Assembly (NCBI GenBank): GCA_035462225.1
Contig: DATHUM010000142.1
Location: 1 to 34,337 of the forward strand
DNA from: Jiangellaceae bacterium
GTDB lineage: Bacteria; Actinomycetota; Actinomycetes; Jiangellales; Jiangellaceae
Direction: 5' to 3'
Length of the DNA: 34,337 nt
Position numbers and translations under genes: made by a program. Within the stretch, counting starts at the first letter, position 1; each line of letters opens with the position of its first letter. The notes under the pieces are model-generated. The model was not told the DNA's origin, searched no databases, and worked only from the letters and a program-made list of their open reading frames with translations. Below are positions 25,862 to 34,337 of the stretch, in pieces.

Positions 25862-26212
25862 ATGGACGTTCAGAGCGTCATGTCACAAGCCAGGGACGCG
25901 ATCACGGTCAAGAGGGTGTTCGGCGAGCCGTACCAAGCCGAAGGTGTCACGGTGATTCCGGCGGCCAAGGTCATCGGCGGCGCGGGCGGCGGTGAGGGCG
26001 AGCGTCCCAAGGAACAGGAGAAGGGTGCGGGCAGCGGATTCGGCGTGGTAGCCCGGCCGGTCGGCGCCTACCTGATCCGTGGCGATCAGGTGAGCTGGCG
26101 GCCGGCCGTCGACGTCAACCGGATCATCCTGGGTAGCCAGGTCGTCGTGGCCATTGCGCTGCTCACCGTCAGAGCCATCGTCAAGGCACGCGCCCGGGCC
26201 GGAACGCGATAG
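25862..26212 (+). CDS. GerW/YtfJ-family protein
   Basis: VKRVFGEPYQAEGVTVIPAAKVIGGAGGGEG...GFGVVARPVGAYLIRGDQVSWRPAVD, with a C-terminal TM helix. ATG at 25862 follows GAGGAGGGG. Confidence 0.78.
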   Translation: MDVQSVMSQARDAITVKRVFGEPYQAEGVTVIPAAKVIGGAGGGEGERPKEQEKGAGSGFGVVARPVGAYLIRGDQVSWRPAVDVNRIILGSQVVVAIALLTVRAIVKARARAGTR

Positions 26213-26300
26213 CCGTACGGAGGTGGATCCGAACTGGCCAACAGCGATCTTGACGGGCTTGGCCGGTGCATACTGGTGACACGGTCTTTCAGGGGGATCC

Positions 26301-26885
26301 ATGGACGCCACAGTGCCGCCGCAACGGGTCGACATCGCGCAGGTCGTCGGGGAGTTCCAGGGCAAATCACCCCGGCGTGCTCTCCGGGACGCCGAAGCAG
26401 TGGCAGAGCCGCCGAGCCACCGGCCTCGGGAGGTACCGGCCGGCCCGTGGTACGTGGTGATCGACGATATCCTCGAGGGCAGGGTCACCCTCGAGGCGTG
26501 GCCGTGGCCGGCGGTCAACCCGGCCACCGGCTACCTGAGCTTCGACCTCGCTCTGACCCGCAGGTTCATGCGCGAAGCAAAGGACGTTCACCGCGTCGTC
26601 ACCGAGCACCGCCGCGCCCATGAGGACGAGGCAGCCGCAGCGCGGCCGCTGCGCATCGGTGACGTGTTCGAGGTGAGCACGACGGACGTTGCCGACCTGT
26701 CCACCTGGACCGACGTCAGTGACCACACCCGCGAGAAACGGGCCGAGGCACGTGCGGCGCTCGATGCCATGGCCACTCAACCGCTCGCGACGGAGCAGGC
26801 CGAGCAGCTCGAGCGGCTGGCCCGGGAGCAGGAGCCCGAACCCGAACCAATCGTCCAACTGAGCAGCGCGCACCCGGCGGTGTGA
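26301..26885 (+). CDS. Hypothetical protein (194 aa, acidic/coiled C-terminus, no recognisable domain)
   Basis: AGGGGGA RBS 6 nt upstream of the ATG. The stop is 1 nt before the next ATG. No motif recognised. Confidence 0.6.
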   Translation: MDATVPPQRVDIAQVVGEFQGKSPRRALRDAEAVAEPPSHRPREVPAGPWYVVIDDILEGRVTLEAWPWPAVNPATGYLSFDLALTRRFMREAKDVHRVVTEHRRAHEDEAAAARPLRIGDVFEVSTTDVADLSTWTDVSDHTREKRAEARAALDAMATQPLATEQAEQLERLAREQEPEPEPIVQLSSAHPAV

Positions 26886-26886
26886 G

Positions 26887-28077
26887 ATGGCAGTTCCAGT
26901 CGCACCCAAGTCGCGGTTCGCTTCGGCCGACTTTTGGTCAGCGGTCACACCAGAACACCTTCTCTACTTCTGCCTGAACGTCGGGGACGCGGACGCCCAG
27001 GTGCTGATCTTGCCCGCCGTGCCCACCGGTGAGGTCGATGCGCAGGGCCGCCAGGTGCTGCGCCGGCCGGTCCTGGTCGTGGACGCCGGAGCCCCCAACC
27101 CGTCCTCCCCTACTAAGCTGCGGCGGTTCCTGGACGAGATACCGTCCGCGTCCGATGGTCGCATTCCACCGATCGACACCATCGATGTCGTCGTGGCCAC
27201 TCATCCGCACGGCGACCACATCGCCGGGCTACCCGACCTGCTCGACACATATGACGGGAAGATCGCAGAATACTGGGACCCTGGCTACTTCCATCCGACG
27301 GGCACCTACTTCAAGATCATGGAACGGCTCGCTCGCCAGACCGGTGTCGTGTACGTGCAGCCGACCTCGGGCCTGCGCCGGTTCATCGGCAACACCGAGG
27401 TCACGGTCTTGACGCCGTCGGTCGGGCTCCGAAACCGGTACGACACGTACGGCGTAGACATCAACAACGCGTCGATCTCGATGCGGGTGGCGACCCCGGC
27501 CGGCCGCGCCAAGTTCGTGCCCGGACAGTCGTGGCAACTGCTCGACGGAGTTGACGAGAGGCACCAGTTCAGCCTGGTTCTCGGCGCCGACTCGCAGACC
27601 GAGTCATGGTCACAGGCGCTCAGCGATTTTCCTCAGTTGATCAAGTCCGAGTCCGAGATCGCCAAGGCCATCGGGGCCGCGACCAGCGACCGCGACCCGC
27701 TGCGCGCCGACGTTCTCAAGGTCGCCCACCACGGCTCGAAGAAGGGGGTGAGCTACGAGCTCGTCGAACGGATGAACCCGGCATTCTTGATCGTCTCGTG
27801 TGCGGCCAGCAGCGGGCACGGCTTTCCGCATACGCTTAACCAGCACATCCTCCGCGAGGCGAAGTTGAACCTGGCCAAGTCCGGCGGAACACATCGCCCG
27901 GAGGAAGACCACCTCCGCGGGGTGTTCTACACGGCGCAGCGAGACAGCGCCGCCGAGACCCTCGGATCGGTTGCCGTCATCGGCAGCATGTCCAGCGATG
28001 TGCAGCTGTGGCGGCTCGGCGACCGTCCCGGCGAACTGCCTGACTTCGCCAAAGCTCGGCGCTGGGTAAAGAGCTGA
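26887..28077 (+). CDS. MBL-fold metallo-hydrolase of the ComEC-C-terminal type (cytoplasmic, standalone)
   Basis: FCLNVGDADAQVLILP entry strand, HxHxDH motif (VVATHPHGDHIAGL) and a late KVAHHGSKKG motif. No TM segments. Confidence 0.85.
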   Translation: MAVPVAPKSRFASADFWSAVTPEHLLYFCLNVGDADAQVLILPAVPTGEVDAQGRQVLRRPVLVVDAGAPNPSSPTKLRRFLDEIPSASDGRIPPIDTIDVVVATHPHGDHIAGLPDLLDTYDGKIAEYWDPGYFHPTGTYFKIMERLARQTGVVYVQPTSGLRRFIGNTEVTVLTPSVGLRNRYDTYGVDINNASISMRVATPAGRAKFVPGQSWQLLDGVDERHQFSLVLGADSQTESWSQALSDFPQLIKSESEIAKAIGAATSDRDPLRADVLKVAHHGSKKGVSYELVERMNPAFLIVSCAASSGHGFPHTLNQHILREAKLNLAKSGGTHRPEEDHLRGVFYTAQRDSAAETLGSVAVIGSMSSDVQLWRLGDRPGELPDFAKARRWVKS

Positions 28078-28145
28078 CCGCGGGTCGCTGTTCGAAGGCG
28101 ACGGTGACCAAGCGTGCGCCGCGAAAGGCCGCCAGCTATCGAGCC

Positions 28146-29078
28146 CTATCCCCTCCGGCGGACGATGTCGGCGACGTCGAACCGCTCGCCGGTGGCCCGC
28201 TCGGAGTACACCCAGAGGTTCTGACCCGCCCGGCCGGGACGGCCCAGAGCCGGGCGCCGGACCGGCGCGCCGAGAGTGAACCATCGCGGGCCGTACAACT
28301 CGCCACCTCGCGCCGCGGGGTCGGTCGCGGCGCGCAGCAGGACGAGTGCGGCGCGCTCCGGAGACATACCCGTCCGCCGAGCGGCGATTGCCCAGAACCT
28401 CGAGACCGCGCTGCCCGTCTCACGCACACTCCGCTTCTGCAGATCTGTGTGCGCCAGCCCGGGGTGAGCCGCAACGCTGCGGACCCCTGCACCCGCGGCC
28501 GCCAGCCGCTGCTGCAACTCCATCGCGAACTGCAGGTTCGCCAGCTTAGCCCGGCCATATACGGTCCATGTCTCGTATCTGCTCGGCTGCGGAGGATCGT
28601 CAGCGCGCACGCCCCGGCCGACGAATCTGGCGAAGCTGGTGACACTGACCACGCGGCCCGCCGTCCCGGCGAGCAGGGCAGGCAGCAGGTGGCGAGTAAG
28701 GACGAAGTGGCCGAGGTGGTTCACGCCGAGTTGCATCTCCAGCCCGTCCGCCGTGGATTGCCGGGGAATGCCCATGACTCCGGCGTTATTCACCAGCAGG
28801 TCGATCCGGGGATGATCGGTGAGCACGGCGGCAGCGCAGGCCCGCACCGAATCCAGCGCCGCGAGATCGAGTTCGTACAGCTTCAGGTCGGCATCGTGGA
28901 CATCGGCGGCGATCTCTTGCAGCGCGGCGCGGGCCTTGGCCTGGTTGCGCGCCGCCATGAGCACACTCGCCCCCTTGCGGGCAAGCTCGCGGGCGACCTC
29001 CAACCCGAGACCACCGTTCGCCCCTGTCACGACGGCGACTCGGCCATGCTGGTCCGGGATGGCCTTGGCGGTCCACAT
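28146..29078 (-). CDS. SDR-family oxidoreductase
   Basis: TGxxxGxG (VVTGANGGLGLE), NNAG, and YxxxK (YGRAK). Confidence 0.92.
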   Translation of the reverse strand: MWTAKAIPDQHGRVAVVTGANGGLGLEVARELARKGASVLMAARNQAKARAALQEIAADVHDADLKLYELDLAALDSVRACAAAVLTDHPRIDLLVNNAGVMGIPRQSTADGLEMQLGVNHLGHFVLTRHLLPALLAGTAGRVVSVTSFARFVGRGVRADDPPQPSRYETWTVYGRAKLANLQFAMELQQRLAAAGAGVRSVAAHPGLAHTDLQKRSVRETGSAVSRFWAIAARRTGMSPERAALVLLRAATDPAARGGELYGPRWFTLGAPVRRPALGRPGRAGQNLWVYSERATGERFDVADIVRRRG

Positions 29079-29131
29079 GGAACCGATTGTTCACCCGCGC
29101 GAACCCGATCAAACGACCGCCCGGCAGGTGC

Positions 29132-29998
29132 TCAGCCCTCGAGGGTGGACCGCGTGGCGGGTACGACCTCCTCGGCGAACCGGCGCAGTTGATCTTGGCC
29201 GTCACCCCAGAAGACGAACGTCTGACCACGGAACTCCGTTGCCAGACTCGAGAGCTCGTCCACCCATTGGTTCACCGGACCCCGAAGAAATCCCTCGGAG
29301 GCGCCGTCCGTGATGGCGCCGATGACGTTGAACACGCGCCGGATCGAACCCGGGTCACGCCCGGCTTCCACTGCCCCCGCGTCCACCCGGTCGTTCATCT
29401 CAGCCAGCCTCCCGAGCGTATCGCCGCGGATGGACGGCACCCAGCCGTCGGCCAGCCGTCCGGTCAGCCTGAGCGCGCGAGGACCATATGAGCCCACCCA
29501 GATGCCGATCTCGTGTACCGGCAGCGGACCGGAGTGGACGCCGCGCAGGTGGTAGTAGTCGCCCTCGTAACGCAACCCGCGTTCGCCGCTCCACAGTCGC
29601 CGTATAACCTCGATTCCTTCGGCGAGCTGGTCTAGCGACTCCCCTGGCGCCCGCCTGGTCCCGCCGTACCCTTCGATGGCGTCCCAGAACGAGCCGGCGC
29701 CGAGGCCCAGGTCGAATCGCCCGCCGGAGAGCACACCCAGTGACACCGCAGTCTTGGCCAGGACTCCGGCCGGCCTGAGCGGGAGGCAGGCCACGTCCGG
29801 GAAGACCCGCAACGTCGTCGTTCGGGCGAGGATCGCACTCATCAAGGCGAAGGTGTCGACGAACCGGCGCTGGTACGGATGGTCCTGGATGCCTACGCAG
29901 TCCAAGCCGAGGCGCTCGACTTCACTTGCGATGTCTAGAAGCGGATCCGCCGCGTTCGGGACCAGGAAGTACCCGAACGTGATATCGCGAGCCACCAT
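29132..29998 (-). CDS. LLM-class (luciferase-like, probably F420-dependent) oxidoreductase
   Basis: ITFGYFLVPNA...LGLDCVGIQDHPY...LSGGRFDLGLGAG. Confidence 0.88.
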   Translation of the reverse strand: MVARDITFGYFLVPNAADPLLDIASEVERLGLDCVGIQDHPYQRRFVDTFALMSAILARTTTLRVFPDVACLPLRPAGVLAKTAVSLGVLSGGRFDLGLGAGSFWDAIEGYGGTRRAPGESLDQLAEGIEVIRRLWSGERGLRYEGDYYHLRGVHSGPLPVHEIGIWVGSYGPRALRLTGRLADGWVPSIRGDTLGRLAEMNDRVDAGAVEAGRDPGSIRRVFNVIGAITDGASEGFLRGPVNQWVDELSSLATEFRGQTFVFWGDGQDQLRRFAEEVVPATRSTLEG

Positions 29999-30107
29999 CG
30001 GCCCGACCCCTTTCGTGAAACCGTCTCGTGCGCGGGAACCAAGATCGCGCCCGGCCTATTCCGCCAGGTCCGTAGGTCTGGGCGTACGTCGAGAACCAGC
30101 GGCGAGG

Positions 30108-32489
30108 TCAGGCCTTCCGGACGGCGGCATCGGGCTTGATCACCAGGGCCGGCCCGGGGGCGAGCACCTGAGGCTCACCGCGGATGACGACCTCGAGCGG
30201 CTCTCCTTCGGCCATGGCGTAACGCTCCTCGTCATGGGTCAGCTGGACTCGGATCTGCCGACGGAAGAACCGCAGCGAGAACGAGAGCTCGCTCCACACC
30301 CGCGGTAACCGGGGATCGAACGACAGCCGGCCCTCGTGGTCGCGTACACCGCCGAAGCCGAATACGAGCGCCGACCACATACCCGCCGCGGATGCCAGGT
30401 GGACCCCACCGGTGGCATTGCCGGAGAGATCGGCGAGGTCCATGAGCAGCGCGTAGTCGAAATACTCGACGGCCTGCCTTTCCTCGCCGATCTCCGCAGC
30501 GATGATGCTCTGCACGCACGCCGAAAGGGACGAGTCGCCGGTGGTCAGCGCGTCGTAGTACTCGTAGTTGCGGCGCTTCTGATCGGCCGAGAAATCATCG
30601 CCGAGCAGAAACATCGCGAGCACGATGTCGGCCTGCTTGATCACCTGGTGGCGATAGATCACGAGCGGGTGGTAGTGCAGCAGAAGCGGGAAGTTCTCCC
30701 GCGGCGTCTGCTCCAGATCCCACATCTCCCGTTCGAGGAAGGTGCTGTCCTGTGGGTGGATGCCCCGCTTCTGGTCGAACGGAATGTGCATCGCGCCGGC
30801 GGCGCGCTCCCACTCCTCGATCTCGCCTTCGCGCAACGCGACTTCGTGGACCAGTGCGGTGTAGTCGTCCGGTCGTTCGTCGCGCAGTCGGCGCACCGAA
30901 GACGCGGCGTAGTTGAGGTTCATCCGGGCCATCAGGTTGGTGTAGGCGTTGTCGTTGACGACAGTGGTGTACTCGTCGGGCCCGGTCACGCCGTGGATGT
31001 GAAACTGCTCGTCGCTGCCGTAGAAGCCCAGGTCGGCCCAGAGCCGGGCGGTTTCTACCAGGATTTCGGCTCCCACCTCACCCAGCAGTCCGACGTCGCC
31101 CTGAACGTTCGTGTAGCGCATGATCGCATACGCGATGTCGGCGTTGATGTGGTACTGGGCAGTGCCGGCCAAGAAGTTGGCCGAGGCTTCCTCGCCGTTG
31201 ATCGTCCGCCACGGGTACAGCGCTCCCCGCAGGCCCATCTCCTGGGCCCGCGCTCTGGCCTGGTCCAGCATGCTGTGCCGGTGACGTAGGAGATTGCGGG
31301 CTATCCGCGGCCGGGTGTAAGCCAGGAACGGCAGGAGGTAGGTCTCGACGTCCCAGAAGTAGTGGCCGTCGTAACCCTGTCCGGTAAGACCCTTTGCCGG
31401 GATGCCGGTGCCTTCGGCTCGCCACGACGCTTGATTGACCTGGTAGAGGTTCCACCGGATGGCCTGTTGCTGCCGGACCTGGTTGCGATTCGATCCAACC
31501 CGGACGTCGGCACGGTCCCAGAACCGGTCCAGGTGCTCGCGCTGGATCGTCAGCAGGGCGTCGAAGCCGTCACGGAGGCCGCGATCGAGCGTCCGCTGGC
31601 ACCGGCCGACGAGCTCGCTGGGCGGGATGCTCCGCGACGTCTGGTAGGCCGCGTATTTGGTGATCCGGATCGGCACGCCGGGCCGCGCGTCCGCGGTGAT
31701 GAGCAACTCGCCGGCGTCCTCGTCGAGCGATCCGTCCACCACGCACGGGCATTCGGTGTCGACGACGTGATCGACGCCGACGCCCAGCGACATCTTGCTG
31801 TTGGTGGTGGTGTATCCCAGCAGGATTCGGTCTCCTGTGCGGTCGGTGATACGGGCGTTGAGCACCCGGCCGGGCATCACGGTCGCCAATCGCGGATCGT
31901 GCGGACGGTCCTCGGTCAGCTCGTCGGCAGGCCGGCTGTCCTGGCGATTCACCACGAGCGAGGAGATCGCGACAGGTGCCTCGCGGTCCAGCAGTGTCAC
32001 CTCGTACGTCATGGCCACCAGGTGGCGGTGTTCTAGCGAGACCAACCGGCAGGACCGGACCCGAACGTGCTTGCCGGCGGCCGTAGCCCAGACGAACTCG
32101 CGGGTCAGGGTCCCTGCCCGCATGTCGAGGATTCGGCAGTAGTCATGGATTCGAGCCGTGGGAAGGTACAGCGGCTCATCGTCGACGTAGAGCTTGAGAA
32201 CCGTCGCATCGGGGACGTTGACGATGGTCTGACCGGTGCGGGCGAGGGCATGGGCCTGTTCGGCGTGCACGATGGGCCACGTCTCGTGGAAGCCGTTGAT
32301 GAACGTACCCGGAGCCGTCGCGGGACGCCCTTCCTCGAACGTGCCACGCACCCCGATGTAGCCGTTTCCGATCGAAAAGATCGCTTCGGCGCGGTCGACG
32401 AGGTCGTTCGAGTAGCGCGCCTCTACCAGGCGCCACTCGTCCGGCGGATAGATGTGCTCCGGTGGCAGCACTAACCGGCGCTTCAACAT
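30108..32489 (-). CDS. Glycoside hydrolase family 65 disaccharide phosphorylase (maltose/trehalose/kojibiose phosphorylase-like)
   Basis: 793 aa. FSIGNGYIGVRGTFEEG N-terminal motif and the catalytic-region motif GQGYDGHYFWDVETYLLPF. Confidence 0.92.
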   Translation of the reverse strand: MLKRRLVLPPEHIYPPDEWRLVEARYSNDLVDRAEAIFSIGNGYIGVRGTFEEGRPATAPGTFINGFHETWPIVHAEQAHALARTGQTIVNVPDATVLKLYVDDEPLYLPTARIHDYCRILDMRAGTLTREFVWATAAGKHVRVRSCRLVSLEHRHLVAMTYEVTLLDREAPVAISSLVVNRQDSRPADELTEDRPHDPRLATVMPGRVLNARITDRTGDRILLGYTTTNSKMSLGVGVDHVVDTECPCVVDGSLDEDAGELLITADARPGVPIRITKYAAYQTSRSIPPSELVGRCQRTLDRGLRDGFDALLTIQREHLDRFWDRADVRVGSNRNQVRQQQAIRWNLYQVNQASWRAEGTGIPAKGLTGQGYDGHYFWDVETYLLPFLAYTRPRIARNLLRHRHSMLDQARARAQEMGLRGALYPWRTINGEEASANFLAGTAQYHINADIAYAIMRYTNVQGDVGLLGEVGAEILVETARLWADLGFYGSDEQFHIHGVTGPDEYTTVVNDNAYTNLMARMNLNYAASSVRRLRDERPDDYTALVHEVALREGEIEEWERAAGAMHIPFDQKRGIHPQDSTFLEREMWDLEQTPRENFPLLLHYHPLVIYRHQVIKQADIVLAMFLLGDDFSADQKRRNYEYYDALTTGDSSLSACVQSIIAAEIGEERQAVEYFDYALLMDLADLSGNATGGVHLASAAGMWSALVFGFGGVRDHEGRLSFDPRLPRVWSELSFSLRFFRRQIRVQLTHDEERYAMAEGEPLEVVIRGEPQVLAPGPALVIKPDAAVRKA

Positions 32490-32562
32490 AGCTGAACGCT
32501 AGCCGAGAAGCCGCGACCCGCCCACGACGCGACCAGGGCGACGGCGGGATAGGTTTGGCGGC

Positions 32563-33765
32563 GTGTCGTTCGATGTGAAGGAGATCCGGGCCGCATACCC
32601 CGCGCTGTCGGACGGTTTCGCCTATCTCGACGGCGCGGCCGGCACACAGGTGCCGCACGCGGTGGTCGAGGCGATCGCAGCTGCCTACCGCGGGGGAATC
32701 GGCAACGTCGGAGGTGCGTTTCCGGCCAGCGATCGGGCTGGACGGATCGTGGCCGAATGCCGTCAGGCGATCGGTGATCTGCTCGGCGCAGATCCGACCG
32801 GCGTCATCCTCGGCCCGAACATGACCTCACTCACCTACCGGCTGGCGTACACGCTGGCGAAAATGTGGCAGCCGGGTGATGAGATCGTCGTCTCCCGGCT
32901 GGACCACGACGCGAATGTTCGACCGTGGGTGCAGGTCGCCGAACGTGCGGGCGCGACCGTCCGGTGGGCCGAGGTCGACGACAACTGCGAGCTCCCCGTC
33001 GAGCAGTACGACGGGTTGCTGAGCAATCGCACCCGCCTTGTCGCCGTCACCGCCGCCAGCAATGTCCTCGGCACTCGCCCGGACGTCGCCGCCATCACCG
33101 CGAAGGCCCACGCCGCGGGAGCGCTCACCTACGTGGATGGCGTCCAAGCGAGTGCGCATGGGCCGGTCGACGTGGCGGCGCTGGGTGCGGACTTCTATGC
33201 GACGAGCGCGTACAAGTGGTGCGGCCCGCACATCGGTGCCGTCGCGGGCGCACCGGCCCTGCTGGCCGAGCTGCGGCCGGACAAGCTCGCCTCGTCCCCG
33301 GACTCGGTGCCAGAGCGCTTCGAGACCGGCACCTCGCCGTTCGCCGACCTGGCCGGTGTGACCGCGGCAGTCGACCACCTGGCCGGCCTGGACGACGGCG
33401 CGACGGGGAGCCGCCGCGAGCGGCTACTCGCCTCGATGGCCGCGGCGGAGGCACACGAACTCGAAGTGTTCGAGGTGCTCTTGTCCGGGCTCGGGTCGAT
33501 GCAGCAGGTGCGGATGTACGGCGCTGCCCGCCACCGGACCGCCACAGCGTACTTCACGGTCGCCGGGCTGACCCCACGCCAGGTCGCCGAGCACCTCGCG
33601 GCCGCCGGTATCAACGTCTGGAACGGCCACAACTACGCGTGGGAGGTCACCAAGGTGCTCGGAATCCGCGACAACGGGAGCGCGGTGCGGGCGGGCCTTG
33701 TTCACTACAACAACCGCGACGACGTGGACCGGCTGCTCGACGCCGTCGCCGACCTGTCCGGGTGA
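32563..33765 (+). CDS. Class-V aminotransferase / cysteine desulfurase-like protein (VC1184-type subfamily)
   Basis: 400 aa. YLDGAAGTQVP..., DFYATSAYKWCGPHIG (PLP-lysine context), RAGLVHYNNRDDVDRL. Confidence 0.85.
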   Translation: MSFDVKEIRAAYPALSDGFAYLDGAAGTQVPHAVVEAIAAAYRGGIGNVGGAFPASDRAGRIVAECRQAIGDLLGADPTGVILGPNMTSLTYRLAYTLAKMWQPGDEIVVSRLDHDANVRPWVQVAERAGATVRWAEVDDNCELPVEQYDGLLSNRTRLVAVTAASNVLGTRPDVAAITAKAHAAGALTYVDGVQASAHGPVDVAALGADFYATSAYKWCGPHIGAVAGAPALLAELRPDKLASSPDSVPERFETGTSPFADLAGVTAAVDHLAGLDDGATGSRRERLLASMAAAEAHELEVFEVLLSGLGSMQQVRMYGAARHRTATAYFTVAGLTPRQVAEHLAAAGINVWNGHNYAWEVTKVLGIRDNGSAVRAGLVHYNNRDDVDRLLDAVADLSG

Positions 33766-33783
33766 CCCACCCGCGCCGGCGGG

Positions 33784-34092
33784 TCAAGACTCGCCGTGCA
33801 CCACGAAGTGGTTCACCCGCGTCTCGCGGTCGACCAGATAGTTGTCGTCCTCGGGGTAGAACACGGCGACCTCGATGTCGTCACCGGCGAAGCCGCGAAT
33901 GCTGTCGAAATCGTCCCACCAGCTCACGGTGATCACCTCAGTGGTGCCGTCACCGAGGTCTCGCGTCCACATCTGGGCGCCCTGATTGCCAGGCGTCTGC
34001 CGGTACTCCTTGATCCCGGTGCCGTCGATGTACTCGACGTACGCCGCGACGTCGTCAGTACGGATCTTGCCACGCCACATTCGGGCGATCAC
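33784..34092 (-). CDS. ABM-like (antibiotic biosynthesis monooxygenase/dimeric alpha-beta barrel) small protein
   Basis: 102 aa. IARMWRGKIRTDDVAAYVEY...VITVSWWDDFDSIRGFAG. Confidence 0.65.
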   Translation of the reverse strand: MIARMWRGKIRTDDVAAYVEYIDGTGIKEYRQTPGNQGAQMWTRDLGDGTTEVITVSWWDDFDSIRGFAGDDIEVAVFYPEDDNYLVDRETRVNHFVVHGES

Positions 34093-34131
34093 GTCGTCTC
34101 CTCTACCCGTTTGCCGTTTCGAGCCGTGAGC

Positions 34132-34308
34132 TCAGTCCAGGGCTCCGAACACCTCGTAAACCATAAAGGCCGGCCACAGCAGACCCTGCACTACGGCGAG
34201 CACGTATTCCCAGAACGAGTCCGCCTGCTGCCAGAAGTAGACCAACGCACCAAAGATACCCAGGCCGTAGATGGCACCACCAGCCGCGGTGCCGGAATTG
34301 TTGCTCAC
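34132..34308 (-). CDS. Small (58 aa) two-helix membrane protein, below the ORF-track length cut-off
   Basis: My translation of the minus strand gives (V)SNNSGTAAGGAIYGLGIFGALVYFWQQADSFWEYVLAVVQGLLWPAFMVYEVFGALD*. GTG start, hydrophobic, codon usage like the neighbours. Confidence 0.45.
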   Translation of the reverse strand: MSNNSGTAAGGAIYGLGIFGALVYFWQQADSFWEYVLAVVQGLLWPAFMVYEVFGALD

Positions 34309-34337
34309 TCTCGATCCCGCCCTTCGTCGGCGCTTAT

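Noticed and set aside
26250-26275. Promoter upstream of the orphan/MBL operon (TTGACG ... CATACT)
   Set aside because: Spacing between the candidate -35 and -10 hexamers is only about 13 nt. No alternative -10 with correct spacing fits the TANNNT pattern.
1-34337. Prophage, integrative element or genomic island with mobility genes
   Set aside because: No integrase, transposase, recombinase, tRNA attachment site or terminal direct repeats were found. Apart from one roughly 200-bp lower-GC intergenic patch, base composition looks uniform by eye.

Overview
High-GC (roughly 68-70%) actinobacterial chromosomal segment, densely coding on both strands with about 35 genes. I found no rRNA, tRNA, CRISPR array, integrase or transposase. 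The content looks accessory and metabolic or regulatory. Regulators: a WYL/YafY regulator, an ECF sigma factor with a fused NTF2/SnoaL-like domain, an ArsR regulator, a MocR/GntR-aminotransferase regulator, and a NarL-type two-component pair divergent from an ABC-2 exporter. There are many small ligand-binding or detoxification-type proteins: two RibD_C/DHFR-like, two VOC/glyoxalase, plus NTF2, SRPBCC, GyrI-like, PPOX and ABM proteins. Enzymes: epoxide hydrolase, M14 carboxypeptidase, BBE-type FAD oxidase, SDR, LLM/F420-type oxidoreductase, GH65 phosphorylase and a class-V aminotransferase. Also present are an NfeD-SPFH membrane pair and an APC amino-acid permease followed by a COG2403 (cyclic-2,3-diphosphoglycerate-synthetase-like) GTPase. 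Three genes look decayed: a MelC2-type tyrosinase relic, a frameshifted ABC-2 permease and a possible TetR C-terminal remnant. The most unusual non-coding structure is a seven-copy array of an 18-bp motif phased at exactly 32 bp (3547-3754). The most plausible uncharacterised protein module is an orphan 194-aa protein tightly linked to a ComEC-type MBL-fold hydrolase (26301-28077). All family calls rest on motif recognition in the supplied translations and on reading the DNA directly. No database or HMM search was possible. Coordinates of non-ORF features were hand-indexed and could be off by 1-2 nt.
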